Source: Macrostomum hystrix | Taxonomy: Eukaryota; Animalia; Platyhelminthes | Direction of reading: 5' to 3' | Assembly: GCA_950097015.1 (NCBI GenBank) | Contig: CATNEN010000039.1 | Span: 11,718,001 to 11,782,000, forward strand | Length of the DNA stretch: 64,000 nt | In this document: positions 12,839 to 25,214 of the stretch, in pieces | How positions within the stretch are numbered: position 1 is the first letter of the stretch | Layout: each line of letters begins with the position of its first letter | Program-made: the position numbers and the translations under genes | The notes under the pieces: model-generated | What the model saw: only the letters and a program-made list of their open reading frames with translations | The model's database searches: none | Told to the model about the DNA's origin: nothing

Positions 12839-13105
12839 ATGAGGTGGCAACTCACTCTCGGACTTCTGCTCTGCGCAGCTCTGGCAGCTGCCAGACCGAG
12901 CCAGGAGATGTCGGACGAGGACGATGAGTCTCTGCAGGCGCTGGAGGCCCTGGCGGACATGGACGAGCCCGACATGACTGAGCAGAAGGCCATGGAGCTG
13001 GAGAAGAAGTGGCTGCGACTGCGCCGAATCCGCATCAGGTGGAGGCGCGTGTATCGCATCGCCCGCACCGCCTACAGGATCTACCGGCACTTCGGCAAGA
13101 AGTGA
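12839..13105 (+). CDS. Secreted prepropeptide, 88 aa; probable cationic amidated antimicrobial peptide
   Basis: Signal peptide MRWQLTLGLLLCAALAAA, acidic propiece (14 D/E), KK dibasic site, 28-aa peptide WLRLRRIRIRWRRVYRIARTAYRIYRHF (11 Arg), then the GKK amidation signal and stop. Single exon with GC3-rich codons against AT-rich flanks. Confidence 0.85.
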   Translation: MRWQLTLGLLLCAALAAARPSQEMSDEDDESLQALEALADMDEPDMTEQKAMELEKKWLRLRRIRIRWRRVYRIARTAYRIYRHFGKK

Positions 13106-13880
13106 GCGGTAGTGCTGGACCTGCTGGCACATCGAGGCTCCTGACCGACTCCGCCCACGACCTGCCCAGTGCTCAGAACTACTGCACACTGACTCTATTT
13201 AGTGTACACACCTGACCGTACATTGTACAATCTGCTGCCCGCTAGGAAAGCTTTACGGAACTCAAGTTTTAATTCGCAAGAGTGCACCTTTCTCTAATTA
13301 AAAAAATGTGGGATTCAAAATTTTTATAAATATGCCTAGCAAACTCTTCAATCGTGTTTGCATTAACAAATTGTTTTTTCTAAAGACACTTTTTGTTAGT
13401 GTCTCAAGCAATTTAAAAATCAAAAGCTTGCTAAACGGGTTGCTAGGAAAATATTGTCATAGCCGAACATCTTGGCACCGACACCACCGAAAAATGGCAG
13501 TTAATGATGCTGTGGCAGAGTAGCTGGGATTCTCCTGAAAGGCCTTAATTTCGACGACTTCAATGCCGACTCTTCGAGCGAAGCTAGTGCCGCCCGTCGC
13601 AGTGCATCGAGAAGCGACATCGAGACAGGCAAGCTGGACGGATGAGCCTGTACTCGCCGGGCTTGATGAACCGTCAGGCACTGCCAGCCGCCTGTCGGCC
13701 AGGTAATCTATAAGGTCTGTGTGGCTGCCGCTCTGTCTAGACCTCTCATCTCGACGTAACACTGCAGCGCGAAGCACGGGCTTAGCAGGCTCGCGTGCGG
13801 ATTAGCAGGCTGGCTCCCAGCATGGCCCACCAGTCTGGAATGAGACTCGGTGCAGCAGGTGACTTGGCGTGAGCGCTTAA

Positions 13881-14218
13881 TTATTATTGCGGGAGGGCTG
13901 CGGCCAATGGCGCCTCATTTGGTGGCTCCAGACCCACTGCCAGCGAAGAGGCTGCCCATTTCGCTGACTCCAGAGCACACACGCACACAGATAGCGCACA
14001 CAGGCACACCACTCACACAGGTGTGTACATCTGCCCTGACTTTCTCATCGTCAGGCAGTCTACACTCTCACTGTGCCTTGGAGGCTGGTCCTCAAGGGCA
14101 TAAATTGCACGACAAGCCCCCAAGCCTTCTCTCCGCGGCTGCGCCCAAAATAAATGTGGCTTCGCTGCGGAATCGAGCTTAAGTGACCTTGGTGCAAGAG
14201 GCGAACGCGTTAGACCGT
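13881..14218 (-). mobile_element. tRNA-derived SINE, family A
   Basis: The minus strand has a tRNA-like head with a B-box-like GCTCGATTCC, a body shared with other copies, and an (AAT)n tail. CTTAA direct repeats at 13876-13880 and 14219-14223 are a candidate target-site duplication. Confidence 0.85.
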
Positions 14219-14534
14219 CTTAACGAGAGTGCAGGCCTTCGTCAGTGCCTTGGCCTTGTGCATCTGATGGCGAAAGCGCGGCAGGACCAGAGGAGCTATG
14301 ACTCTGGCAAAATCAAGGAACAGCCAGTCGCCGAAGCGACAACCACTGTCAATTGCAGCTCCGCTACTGTTGCAAGGATCGGTGCCTGGGATTTAGACGC
14401 CTGCTCTGACCTTCTGATCTTACCAGACCAGAAGCACGAACAAAACCAAGCAGTCTAAATCTCCTTACCGACTGCGCGAAGGATTAGAATAGCGGATTGA
14501 TTAATTTTACGCTCACTCTAAAAATACGCAGTTT

Positions 14535-15065
14535 TCTAGGTACTAAAACTAACAAACTAAGTAACTAAACGCAGCCCTACCGGCCACGAGTGGCCCAGAG
14601 GTCAGGGGGGGAGCGTCAGATCGCGCGCTTGAGGGCCAGCGACCGTACCCGCATCACCGTGTCCGCCTGGTCGGGGCGTCCATCAGCAGCCGGTCGATGT
14701 AGCGAGCCGTGCGACCCTGCCCACGCCTGCGCGGTCCCTGCAGCGTCAGCAGCAGAACGTCCTGCATCGGCTCCGGGTAGTAGGCTTCTGCCCGAATCAC
14801 GTGCCCGGCCAGCCGCAGCCGCCGCTGACTCAGCAAGACAGTAGGCCGCGTCAGGCGCATTCGCTTGTACAGGGCGCGGGTCGACTCGCAGCCGGGAACC
14901 GAACGCGGCGCGTAGCAGAGCCGCGTGCGCCGCGTCGAGCTGCCTCTCGAGCGTTTTGGTCAGCGTCCAGATCTCAGTGTTATACAGCAAGGCGGTCTCC
15001 AGGACCGACGCAAAGAGCTGTGACCTGGCGCTGTCGCCGAGAGCCTCAGAGAGCAACACCATCCG
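14535..15065 (-). mobile_element. 5'-truncated RTE-like LINE fragment (post-RT C-terminal region)
   Basis: LFASVLETALLYNTEIWTLTKTLERQLDAAHAALLRAAF and, in a shifted frame, SQRRLRLAGHVIR...RRRGQGR..YID. These match the LLYG.E.W / RRLR..GHV.R motifs of RTE-type elements. Short TTAG-like tail. Confidence 0.85.
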
Positions 15066-15518
15066 AACAGACTGAAAACTGGGAACTAAAACTAAAGACT
15101 GAAATCGAATTGCTATTTATTCCATTGGTAATTGCTTCCAGACACACTCGTTGCGTGAGAGGATTACGGATAAATTGAATGACCGAAGGACAAGCGACTT
15201 GAAATGCGAGCGCCCTAATCTTGCTCTAATATTTTTTCAATGTTCTTGCTTTCATACACGGTGCATGGCTAAAAAATTGTATCGTTCTGATGCTTAAACA
15301 ATAGCCGCAACAAAATATTTTTATTTAAAGTGTTTATTCAACATAGTTTACTTAAAAACAAAAGCATTCCAGGGGTGAGTATTAGGCGCTTACTTGACAA
15401 AAAGCTGATAAAAAAAGGCTTTCAGATCCTTGATATTGTAAGCTGCTTACAATATAAATTTTTAACAAAACTGAGTTGGTTCATAAAAACAAAGGCTTTT
15501 CGGTCATTCAGTCCGTCT

Positions 15519-18500
15519 CTACAGCGTGGATAGCAATCGAGCCATCTTCTCAGTCAGCTGCACGTTTCTCAACTTGAATGGCAAGCCGGTGAAGTCCGCA
15601 GCTTCGAGGCGCTGTTTGCGACAGCCGTCTCGCTCAACACCGTCTGGTGGGCGCTGGCCCGTCGTCTGGCGTTCCACAACAGCGCAGAACGCGCAGAACA
15701 GTCGGCTATCTAGCTGCTGCTGCTGCTGCTGCTGTTCTTGGCTGACACCGGCGTCGACAAGACCGCATAAATCGAGCAGCTGGTCGAGCCGATCTCGAGT
15801 GATGCCGCCAACGAGTAGGTCAGAGAGACATCTGTCAAGGTCCTGTGATGTTTGTGTTTGAATTGGCGTTGGGGTTGAATTCAATGAACTAACAATGCTA
15901 TTAAAGTACCAGCATGCAAAGACCGCAAACCCATGATTTCCAGAAAAAAATGAGAATTTGACTTTTACGTTTGACCGTTTATTTTTTAGCAATTAGAGAC
16001 AACTGGAGTCGCACGGGAGGTTCTTATAGTGATTTACTTGAAGAGGCGTTTTATCATAAAATACTCACTGCCTACTATTTATAATAATATAAAATACAAT
16101 TTTCTGCTTGATTTTTTCGTCTATGGCCTCTTGAAATATTTTTCATCGAACAAATTTCTCAGTCAAGACGAATGCCTGGCAAAAAATCGGCCAGTAAGTA
16201 TTTTTCCACAAACCAAGAGTGTTGCGTTGTTTTAATTATTTTTCAAATAATTAGATGAAGCTGATGAGTATTAGCAATTTGAATTTCACTTGGACATCCA
16301 CGACCATAGTCTGATAATTTATCTCGGCTTTAGTACGAGTACATGACAAAACACAACTAACATGGAATACAAAAAAAATACGATGCACTTAACTGACTGT
16401 AAGTTTATTGATGAGAACTCACCATCCTACTCACAGTAGTAATTGTAGGATAATTGTTGTGATATTGATATTAACATTTTGAGTTGTAGGTACACGGTAC
16501 TGACTATACGGTATGCGTGGATCTTTCCTGCTTATTATTTTACATCACCAAGCGCTTGACCAGGATGCTTAGATCAAGGTGCACAAAGTGCAGCAATAAA
16601 TCAGGCATTAATTACCTTGATGCTGACAGTGTTAGTAGAGGGATTGCGATACCTCTGAAACAGCTTCTGGTAGAGAAACAGCCGCCTAGAGGATATGACA
16701 GCGAACTGCCGGATGTAGGCCTTGGGCTCCATGCCTGCGCAATGGAAATGACACGTAGTAAAGTTAGTAAAAACGCATTTAATTGGTGTCGATGCTAATT
16801 TATTACTTTACTTACGTGAGTTAGAATCAAACTAGCCCAAGGGCAAACAATTTGAAACAATGTACCTGTGTAAGACACTTTTAAAATCCCATAGTGCTTT
16901 AATTTAAATAAGGGAATGTCAAGTTAAGACTCTAGACTAGAGCTCGAGGTCAATCCACCTCTCACCCCAGTCCTTCCCATGGTACCCCCCGGTAAACTTC
17001 CCGGTTTCAGACGGTTTAGTTCGAGGATTGACCTCAGGCTCCACTGTATCTGTGTGCGTGTGTGCTCAGGAGTCAGCGAAATGGGCAGAATTGCCTACTC
17101 TCTGGCTGCGGGTCTAGTGCCACCAAATGATGGGCCACTGCTCGCAGCCCTCCTGCAATTATTATTATTTATTATATACGCTCGTATTAAAAATCAGGTT
17201 GTTTGTGATGGTCCCTCCACCCAGACTGAACAGCTACGCACAGCCTTTTGGAACTTGGGCAACCTGAAAGCCATAGCTTACTCAATATTTAGCAATTAAT
17301 TAATTAGTCTAAGCTATTCTGGCTTCTAGGCACCTGGCCAATGATTGACAGGTTTGACGAGTCTGGACGTGGGCCTGGACACTGCCCTAACCGTCCCCCC
17401 ATTTCCGAGCCTAGTTTAGGATTGTGTCCGCCGCGAACTCATATGGTGTGTTTCGTGCGAAGAGACGCAGCTTGTACGTTTAAGAAGCACGTACCTAGAT
17501 AAGTTAAGGTTTTTAATATGCAGCCCAGAAAACGATCCTTACTCTCGAGATCCTGAAGATCAAACGGCAGCTCGAAGCGCGTTGTCAGAGGTCCTGAGTT
17601 CGCCTTGCTGCCGGATGCTTTCTGAAGTGTCGACGAATCGGTGTTTAACTTTTTAGGCATTGCAAAATTAAAGCAATGCTTCAGAGCTGCTCAGCATTAT
17701 CAGCGGCAATAAATTCTGCGCTCCTTATTTGACTAACGTCGGATCGCCAGCCGTGCCAAATTAACTCAGCTGCGCACTTTATTAGAATTTTCAACGTCTA
17801 CTTTGATAGATGCACTAAGGAGGCCTGAATAAACTATATTAAGAGACTCTCAAGGCACTTATTCAATGCACTTCCGCAAATTTGGGCGGCACCCCGGATG
17901 CCCGCTTGTCATCGGCCAAGTGGCCGCAGCACAGATTGAGTTTAAAACTCCTCGTTGCTTCGTTGGAATATGAATTAGATGGCCTGTGGGCCTATGCTAG
18001 GGAATAACTGAGCGGGAACTGTACAGTATCGATATCGACCTATTCATTATGCTTTACAACTCTTGATGCATTCTTATAAACGCTACATTGAAATTTTGCA
18101 CATTTATGAGCACTGACCTTCAAGGTATTTTCGTCCTGATTTGTGCTGAACCAGTCAATTGAAGTGTCTCTCTAAAACAATGAAATAGAAAAATTCTGCA
18201 CAAATTCTGTACAGATTTTTTTGAGGCAGTTTACATTTGCACTCTGCCCCAAAGCTTTGCCCTGAATAAATGCGGCCTTGGAATCGAGCTCAGGGACCAT
18301 GTTGCAAAAAGCGAAGGCGTATACTTTAGGAAATTTGAATACAAAAAACGGCATACTTACGCGCTTTCTGTTGCCTGGCAACGCATGACCACCTGGGTGA
18401 CCAACACGCAGATGTGAGCTGAGTGGCTGCGCTGACTGTGACGTCATAGCCATTGGTAAAATAGTCTGCGACACATTGTCGGAAAATCGGTCACGCTGAG

Positions 18501-19598
18501 CGCCTTCTTTGTGGGCTACCAGCCGCTCAATTCCCGATATTGGGATTGTTGATAGCGAATCGGAGCTTTTGAAAAGGGCAGGTAAATACGAGGGCAGTGA
18601 TTTAACAATCCCAAATAACTTTTATCTAAACAATTACTTTTTTTCAAAGGCGTTTCTCCAAAACTCACTTTTGTTGTAGCACATTTCTACCGCGTTTCTG
18701 TCTACGAATGAGAATTACTGTCGGCTGCTGCTGCTGCTCCTCTTGATGCAGTATCGACACCATTGTCTGTTGCTCAGGTGTGTTCAGTGTTTCAGAGGCT
18801 TCGAAGTTTGCGGTTCCTATTCTTGTCCGATTCATAGCAGTTCTGTTGTCGTTTGAGTTATTTCCTGACTGCTGCTTGGCATGAGTTCCTCTCTGCTGGT
18901 GTGCAATACAACAAACATTTATACTATTGCAATACTGAGTTTGTTGGTCCACAAGCTACAGATCAAGCATTAAATTAATACAAAATAAAACTGAAACATC
19001 GTTTTGACCCGAGTAAAGATTTCATTTCAGTCCTCATTTTAATACGAGCTTAAAATGTTCGAACTAATGTTTTAGCCTAGAGTGCATCGCCTAGCCTAGC
19101 CTAAAATGACAAAAAATGAGAAAGTAGTTCAGATAGCACAATAGAGCAACTTTCCTGTACTATTATTAGGATTTTTTGATAGAATTAGGCATTGAAAAAT
19201 CTGCTGAAATCTGTGAGAAAATATGACAAGTTAAGCTCTTCGTCTCAACGGTTTTTACTCAAAGCCCCGAACTATGAATGCCACTGGGCTTACAGCACCT
19301 ATGAGCTGCAATCGTTAACGCACATTAATATGTTGCATTGTCGAGCATGCGTACCTTTCCGTTTGTAGTTTTTAGCGTCCCCTCAACCGATGCAGCAGGA
19401 CTCTGTTCCTCGGCAAAGCTTTTTGCGATGAGTGTCGCTTGTTCTGAAAGAATTTTCGGAAATTAATTTGACGAATTGTTGGCTACGCGTTACTAGAAGT
19501 GCACATCCAATTGATTGAAAAAAGCGAAACTATAAGTCATAGCGAGGAACAGCGCATGTTCTAGTGTTAGATATAAACGAGAAAATCCGGTTTGGGCC

Positions 19599-19642
<44 letters not shown>

Positions 19643-22600
19643 TGCAGGAGGGCTGCGGGCAATGGCACATCATTTGATGACAGTTGACCCACAGTCAGCG
19701 AGAGGCAATTCTGCCCATTTCGCTGACTCCTGAGCACACACGCACTGTACGCAGGCACACGCTCACACAGGCAGTGTACACTTCACTGTGCCTTGGAGGT
19801 TGGCCCTCAAGGGCGTAAATTTCACGACAAGCCCCCAAAGCCCTCTCTCTGCGTCTGCGCCCCAAATGAAGGTGACCTCACCGTGGTGCGAGAGGCAAAC
19901 GCGTTAACCCCTCTGCCACCGACCCCCCTTCTGTGGCAGACCAGACGGTTTGGGCCATACGTACAGCCAGCTATTGCGCTTCGCATTCAAGGGCATTCTA
20001 GGCCACAGCCTCCCTCCCTCGTTTTTGACTTTAAGTTTTTGTCACTTTTTCGTTCGTATGGTAAAAAACGACCAAGTGACTCCTGTTCTCAGACGCCATG
20101 CGCAATGGTCATGTAATTTGTTCAGACCACCACCCACCATCTTCGGAATCCATGTCAGCCTCATCTTCTTCCATTACTGGCATCTCGACTACCGACGCTT
20201 GTCTCTGTCCGATCGTCACGTCAAGTTTGTTGCTAAATTCAACGTCAAGCGTTGCAGATGACGTTGCAGCGCCGGTCACCATTGAAGCTGCTGGCGATTG
20301 ACGCATCGATCGCCAGGAGTCTGTGATCGCCAGGCTGCTTCGCCGACGACCAGCTGCGGCCGCGGCAGCGGCGGCTGCCACCACGGAGTCGCGCCTAGTG
20401 TCCGCCGGTTTGCCTTGATAGATCGGCTTTGAAGAAGCCACCTGGATGCGCGGCTGACTGCTGATACTGGCCGCTGATGCGGCTCCGGCCGCCATGCCTT
20501 CCTGTAAATCGTAGAAGATTAACTACGATTAGCGTTGCGATCCATACAATGCACATGACCTTTACTCAAGCCTTTCTCACCTGTTCAGCGAGGATCTTGC
20601 TTTCCGCCGCCTCATCTCCGGATGCGTAAAAAAACTCAGCTGTTGTCAAGCTGTTCCTTTGTAGTGAAGTCGCACCGCTTGACTGAGCCATCGACAGTCT
20701 TCGTCGTTGATATGGCTGCTGTGGCTGCTGCTGCTGCGGTGTCCAGCGCTTCACTGTGGACGATCTGCGTCGATTGCGCCACTTCAGCTGCAGTGACTCG
20801 CCTAGAGGAGCCACCGAACCTCGACGAGTGCTATCGCCGCGGTCTCGTGCTGACAGCTCGCCATCTTTGGCCGCCAACGGAAACGATTGAATGATCAGCT
20901 GTGGTCTTTCCTCTTCAATTTCGGCCTCGTTTTCCACATCAAACTCGTCTTCCATCAAAGCATTATTGGATTGCTCAGCAGTATTTTCCCCGGCTGGCTC
21001 AGAGATAGCAAAGCTCAGCTCACCTTGGAGCATCAGCTCTGAGCTGAAGCTCACCTGTGTGATCTCGCGTCGTGATTCATCAGACAGCTGCGGCTGGTCT
21101 TCTGGCCTGCCAAAGTCGCCGATTTCTCTCTGGCTAGTGAGAACCTGCGCGCCATCTTCGAATTCTCCGAATGTTCTCTCTTCGTCTTTGCCAGAAGTGG
21201 ATTCCTCCGAGTCGCCTCTTTCGGATTTCATTTCCCCTGCTCCACTGCCTTCAATGCTTGGGAAATTTTCTAAATGTCCCGCGGTAATCTTTGCCGCTAA
21301 TCTCTGCCCAAGAGGGTTGTAATCGGCCGGTAGCTGCTGCTCCTCAGTAATCATCTCAGGCTTTCGATGTGCGACAGTCGAGGATGGCATCAAAGGAGCA
21401 GTTCTGGCCTGTGATTTCGGATTCGGCGCAACCTGTGCAGCAGGTGCACTTTCAGGTGCAGTTGGAATCGCCCGAGGTGATCTGGTGGAGATCCCATCGT
21501 CAAGCTTGCTGCTCCTGCTAATTTTCGATGTACCTGTACCTTTTTCGCTGAAATTGACTTGGCAGTCTGTGGGACGTGTTTGGGAGTTACTTATTAACTC
21601 TCCTCGTAAACTCAAATTTCCAGTTAGGGCAGTCTCTTACAGAATGAATTTTAGGAAAACCAATTTTCTTACTTCTGCATAAATCACAAAAACTCGAAGC
21701 GTTTTAATCGGGATTGAAAGATCAATTTGCGAGCAAAGCTAACAAATCGGCTTATTACAATAAGCTAGGAGACGGATTAAGCAACCTTGGCATGGCCCCA
21801 TGAACCGTTGCCCCTGACTCCTTGTGGCGTGTCCGCTTTGGTCGATTCTTAAGGGCTATTTCTAATAAATCCTTGACTAAACTACTTAACTGACCCGACT
21901 TGAAGTAATTTCAATTGAATGAGAAAATTAACTCATTACTCTTGACAGTTAATAGTTTTGATGGGCATTTTTTCTTGCAACATCAGCTCTAAATAATTGC
22001 ATCTTAATATTCTTCAGCCTTCTTGAAAAAATCTTGTGTGGCTATCGAACTGTTCGAGTTTGCTAGACCAATCTTATAAAAATTATGTCTTATAAAAATG
22101 CCATGAACTTTGAACAAATGTTTGAAAAAACGACCTAACAAATGTTTTATTATTGGAAACTATGTGATAACAAAGCAATAGCCACAAGGAGTAGAAGGAC
22201 GGGAAAGTTAAAGTTTAGGAGGCTAGTTTTCGCCCAAAAATATACTCCGGTGAAGGGAAATTACTAATTGAGTTGACCAAATTTTCAGGAATGCAGGATT
22301 ATAAAACTAGTTACGTAAGCTAAGTTAACTCGTACAATAAAAGAAGTGCATTCGTATTTCTTCCAAAAAGCGATAACCTTTCACTAGTAGTGGTGATAAA
22401 AAAAATAATAACTAAATTAACGTGCCCCTATAGGGCCAGAAGTGCAGCCGACAGCACTGCCGCAGCTATTGTACGGCGCATTATAATGCTACGTACGGCT
22501 GTTCAGTCCATCGACATGGGGGGACGCCACACCCACCCTCAATTATTCCGGCTAATGCTGGTACCCATTTAACAGCTGGGTTAACTGAAATAAAGCAGAG

Positions 22601-24207
22601 TTAAGTGTCTTGCTAAATGAAAAAAATTGTTCCATTGGAGTCGGGAATCGAACCCGTGACCTTCAAGTCATGGGAGTCCGACACTCTAACAACAAAGCTT
22701 TAACCTCCGCCAACCTACAATCAACAAAATCAATATGCTAGTGTAAGAGGTCCTGGTAACCCCGGTATAATGGCGCGCACCTTTGTCGAAAGCACTGTCT
22801 GCATCGTTGCCAATCTGCAGCTTCACTGGCATAGAAGTTCTTGGTCCAGCAGCCAGGTCGCCCTGTCGCATTTTTTCCCGCCTATCCACCGCTAGCTGCC
22901 GTCGATCACACTCGGACAGCTCCGAGCCGCTAGTGAAAAGAGTCAGCCTTGACGCGTCCATCAAGCTCGTTGCCGAGGTTGTGGCCTCACTAATACCAAC
23001 TGTGGAAACAGGCTTTGTGAGGGACGTCTCCGCAGCAGACCATCGTGATCTACATCGATTTTCAGTCGGCAACGACAGTCGAACTGCTGAATCAGGATGG
23101 ATCGCCAACGAAGTTTTCAAAGACGCTGGCACAGCCAAACTCGTCGAGCGCTGACGGTCGTGCGATTGGCGGAACTGGCTGCTTAAACGAGCGCGCTCGC
23201 TACGTCGACGGCCAGGACAGCAGAAGCAGCAATCCTCACAGCAGGAGTCGCCGTCGATAAAGAAGTCATTTTCGTTGTCAGAATCCCCATCTGGATCGTG
23301 GTGGTGTTGCTGATGATCCACGTTTTGTCTTCTTGCTGTTGATTAGAACAAGAAAGTTTTTTTTATTTTACCCTACAACGGAACCCTAGTCTAAAAGTAC
23401 TAATGCATATATATATACGAGTATATCTTCTATAGCTCGTCGTGAGACTGTCGTGAGACTTTGTCGTGAGACTTTGTCGTGAGACTTTGTCGTGAGTCTT
23501 TGTCGTGAGACTTTGTCGTGAGACTTTGTCGTGAGACTTTGTCGTGAGACTTTGTCGTGAGACTTTGTCGTGAGACTTTGTCGTGAGACTTTGTCGTGAG
23601 ACTTTGTCGTGAGACTTTGTCGTGAGACTTTGTCGTGAGACTTTGTCGTGAGACTTTGTCGTGAGACTTTGTCGTGAGACTTTGTCGTGAGACTTTGTCG
23701 TGAGACTTTGTCGTGAGACTTTGTCGTGAGACTTTGTCGTGAGACTTTGTCGTGAGACTTTGTCGTGAGACTTTGTCGTGAGACTTTGTCGTGAGACTTT
23801 GTCGTGAGACGTCACACCGAGTCGTTGGGCTAACCTGTCAACAGTCCGCTATTTCGAGCCTGCTTTATAACGCGCCCCGGTGTACACGGCGGCAGCTCCG
23901 ACTTCGGCCTGGGCGCCAGCTGCGGCTCGCTCATGCGCGGCTTCTCAAAGCGTCGCCAGAGCCACTCGCTGACCCAGGCGCTTCCGACATCACCCGCGAG
24001 ATTCCGAGCCTCTTTCCGACGCAAAAGATCAGGCCGCCTAGCATAGAGAGGATGCTGGCTGATGCCCAGGTCAATGCTGCGCGGCTGCTGCTCCCGGGCA
24101 ACGTCTGCGCATACTGGCGTCCATATTTTCGACCTCACGTAGGAGACGTCAAAGGCAGGATGCTGCTCGTCAGCTGCAGTTGCGGTAGCCATCTGTACAG
24201 CAGCCAT
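15519..24207 (-). CDS. Uncharacterised ~1138-aa protein: ordered N-terminus, long disordered middle, C-terminal EF-hand-like helical module
   Basis: Ten phase-consistent GT-AG exons: 24207-23835, 23335-22781, 21635-20581, 20501-20138, 19443-19355, 18895-18669, 18565-18361, 17648-17543, 16734-16616, 15842-15519 (3417 nt, open to stop). C-terminus: RFELPFDLQDLESMEPKAYIRQFAVISSRRLFLYQKLFQRYRNPSTNTVSIKDLDRCL...LDSRLFCAFCAVVER...LEAADFTGLPFKLRNVQLTEKMARLLSTL. The start codon and middle exons are less certain. Confidence 0.7.
17041..17172 (+). mobile_element. SINE family A, 3' fragment
   Basis: GTGTGTGCTCAGGAGTCAGCGAAATGGGCAG...CGCAGCCCTCCTGCAATTATTATT is shared with the other copies. Confidence 0.8.
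18262..18322 (-). mobile_element. SINE family A, degenerate head fragment
   Basis: ATCGAGCTCAGGGACC matches the head of the 25215-25550 copy. Confidence 0.5.
19599..19918 (-). mobile_element. SINE family A, internally deleted copy with long (TTA)n tail
   Basis: Homologous to 13881-14218 and 25215-25550; (TAA)n at 19599-19642. Confidence 0.85.
22464..22700 (-). mobile_element. tRNA-derived SINE, family B (CORE-like central domain)
   Basis: Minus strand: AGAGTGTCGGACTCCCATGACTTGAAGGTCACGGGTTCGATTCCCG (B box), then AGCAAGACACTTAACTCTGC...ACCCAGCTGTTAAATGGGTACC, similar to CORE-SINE cores. Second copy at 25592-25840. Confidence 0.75.
23438..23810. repeat. 13-bp minisatellite (GTCGTGAGACTTT)n in intron 1 of the uncharacterised gene
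   Basis: About 28 near-perfect copies. Confidence 0.97.
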
Positions 24208-25214
24208 GATGGCTGCATGCTTTGCGCTTTAATTTATATGCACTTGTTTTTAGCATTGTTGGAAGCAATAAAATTTAAAACGAAATGACAAAATAAGTGG
24301 CTGGGAATGAGAGTGAGGGGCGGAGAACGTATGGCGCGACTGCGGAGAAAATGCTTGGACCCTTTGTCGGCAGAACACCTACAGATGTTTATCTCTTCGG
24401 CCGAGCACTCGAATTGGACTCTTGGATTGTCTTACTGCTACAGCATTCTTTCGTTGTCGTTTTTGATAACATAAATACAACATATAGAACCATTCAACAA
24501 ATGATAAAGAAACTTTTACTGCCTATTCTTCATTTACTCTCTACTAGACAATGATATGCGATATATGTCGAAAAATATAAATTGCTTTGTCAAGACAAAT
24601 TGGTAAGCAGATGAAAAAATAATAGCATATGGTCAGAAAAAACATCATAAAAATAGAATTAAATGAGAGATTTTCAAGCAGTGGGCTCATTGCAAAGAGA
24701 AAAAGTTTTTTTGCAGGAGACTTTAGCATCGCCGACAAGCTGCAGCGAGGCAACTGACCTGTAATTCACAATGGCCCATCAGATGGCCGGCACTTTGGTT
24801 CGGGTTAGTTACGGCCATTTGCAGTGTTGCCTCTCGTTTCTAAAAATAGATTACAATGATACAGCCGCTCATTGCGTGACTGAGTGGACACATTCTAGGG
24901 TTATCTAGTCCTTAGCCCTTGGAGTTTGAGAAAGAAGTCTATGAGAATATTCGCCGATTCGTTGACATAAAACTCTAATTAACGGCCGTTGTTCTAAACG
25001 CATGCTAGATATAATTGCGACAGGCGTCCAACAAGTTTGTTGGCTGTCGTATGAATTTGAATGCGATTTCATTGCTTTACGAGCAGTTTTAAGCCATAAA
25101 AATAAAATACGAGTAAAAACTGTTAAACTCGGATTCCTAGCCATTTTTCTCATTATATTCAGGAAAAAATATGTCTCACTTTAGCAGGTAACGATATAAA
25201 ATGAAATCCTATCT

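Noticed and set aside
13940-14060. CTGACGA...GCGAAA in SINE family A (minus strand) as a hammerhead
   Set aside because: No stem II closing pair after CUGANGA and no plausible stems I/III.
20109-20137. Stop at 20109 as the end of the minus-strand gene
   Set aside because: A G|GTGGGT donor at 20138/20137 continues in phase through six more exons; kept only as a possible short isoform.
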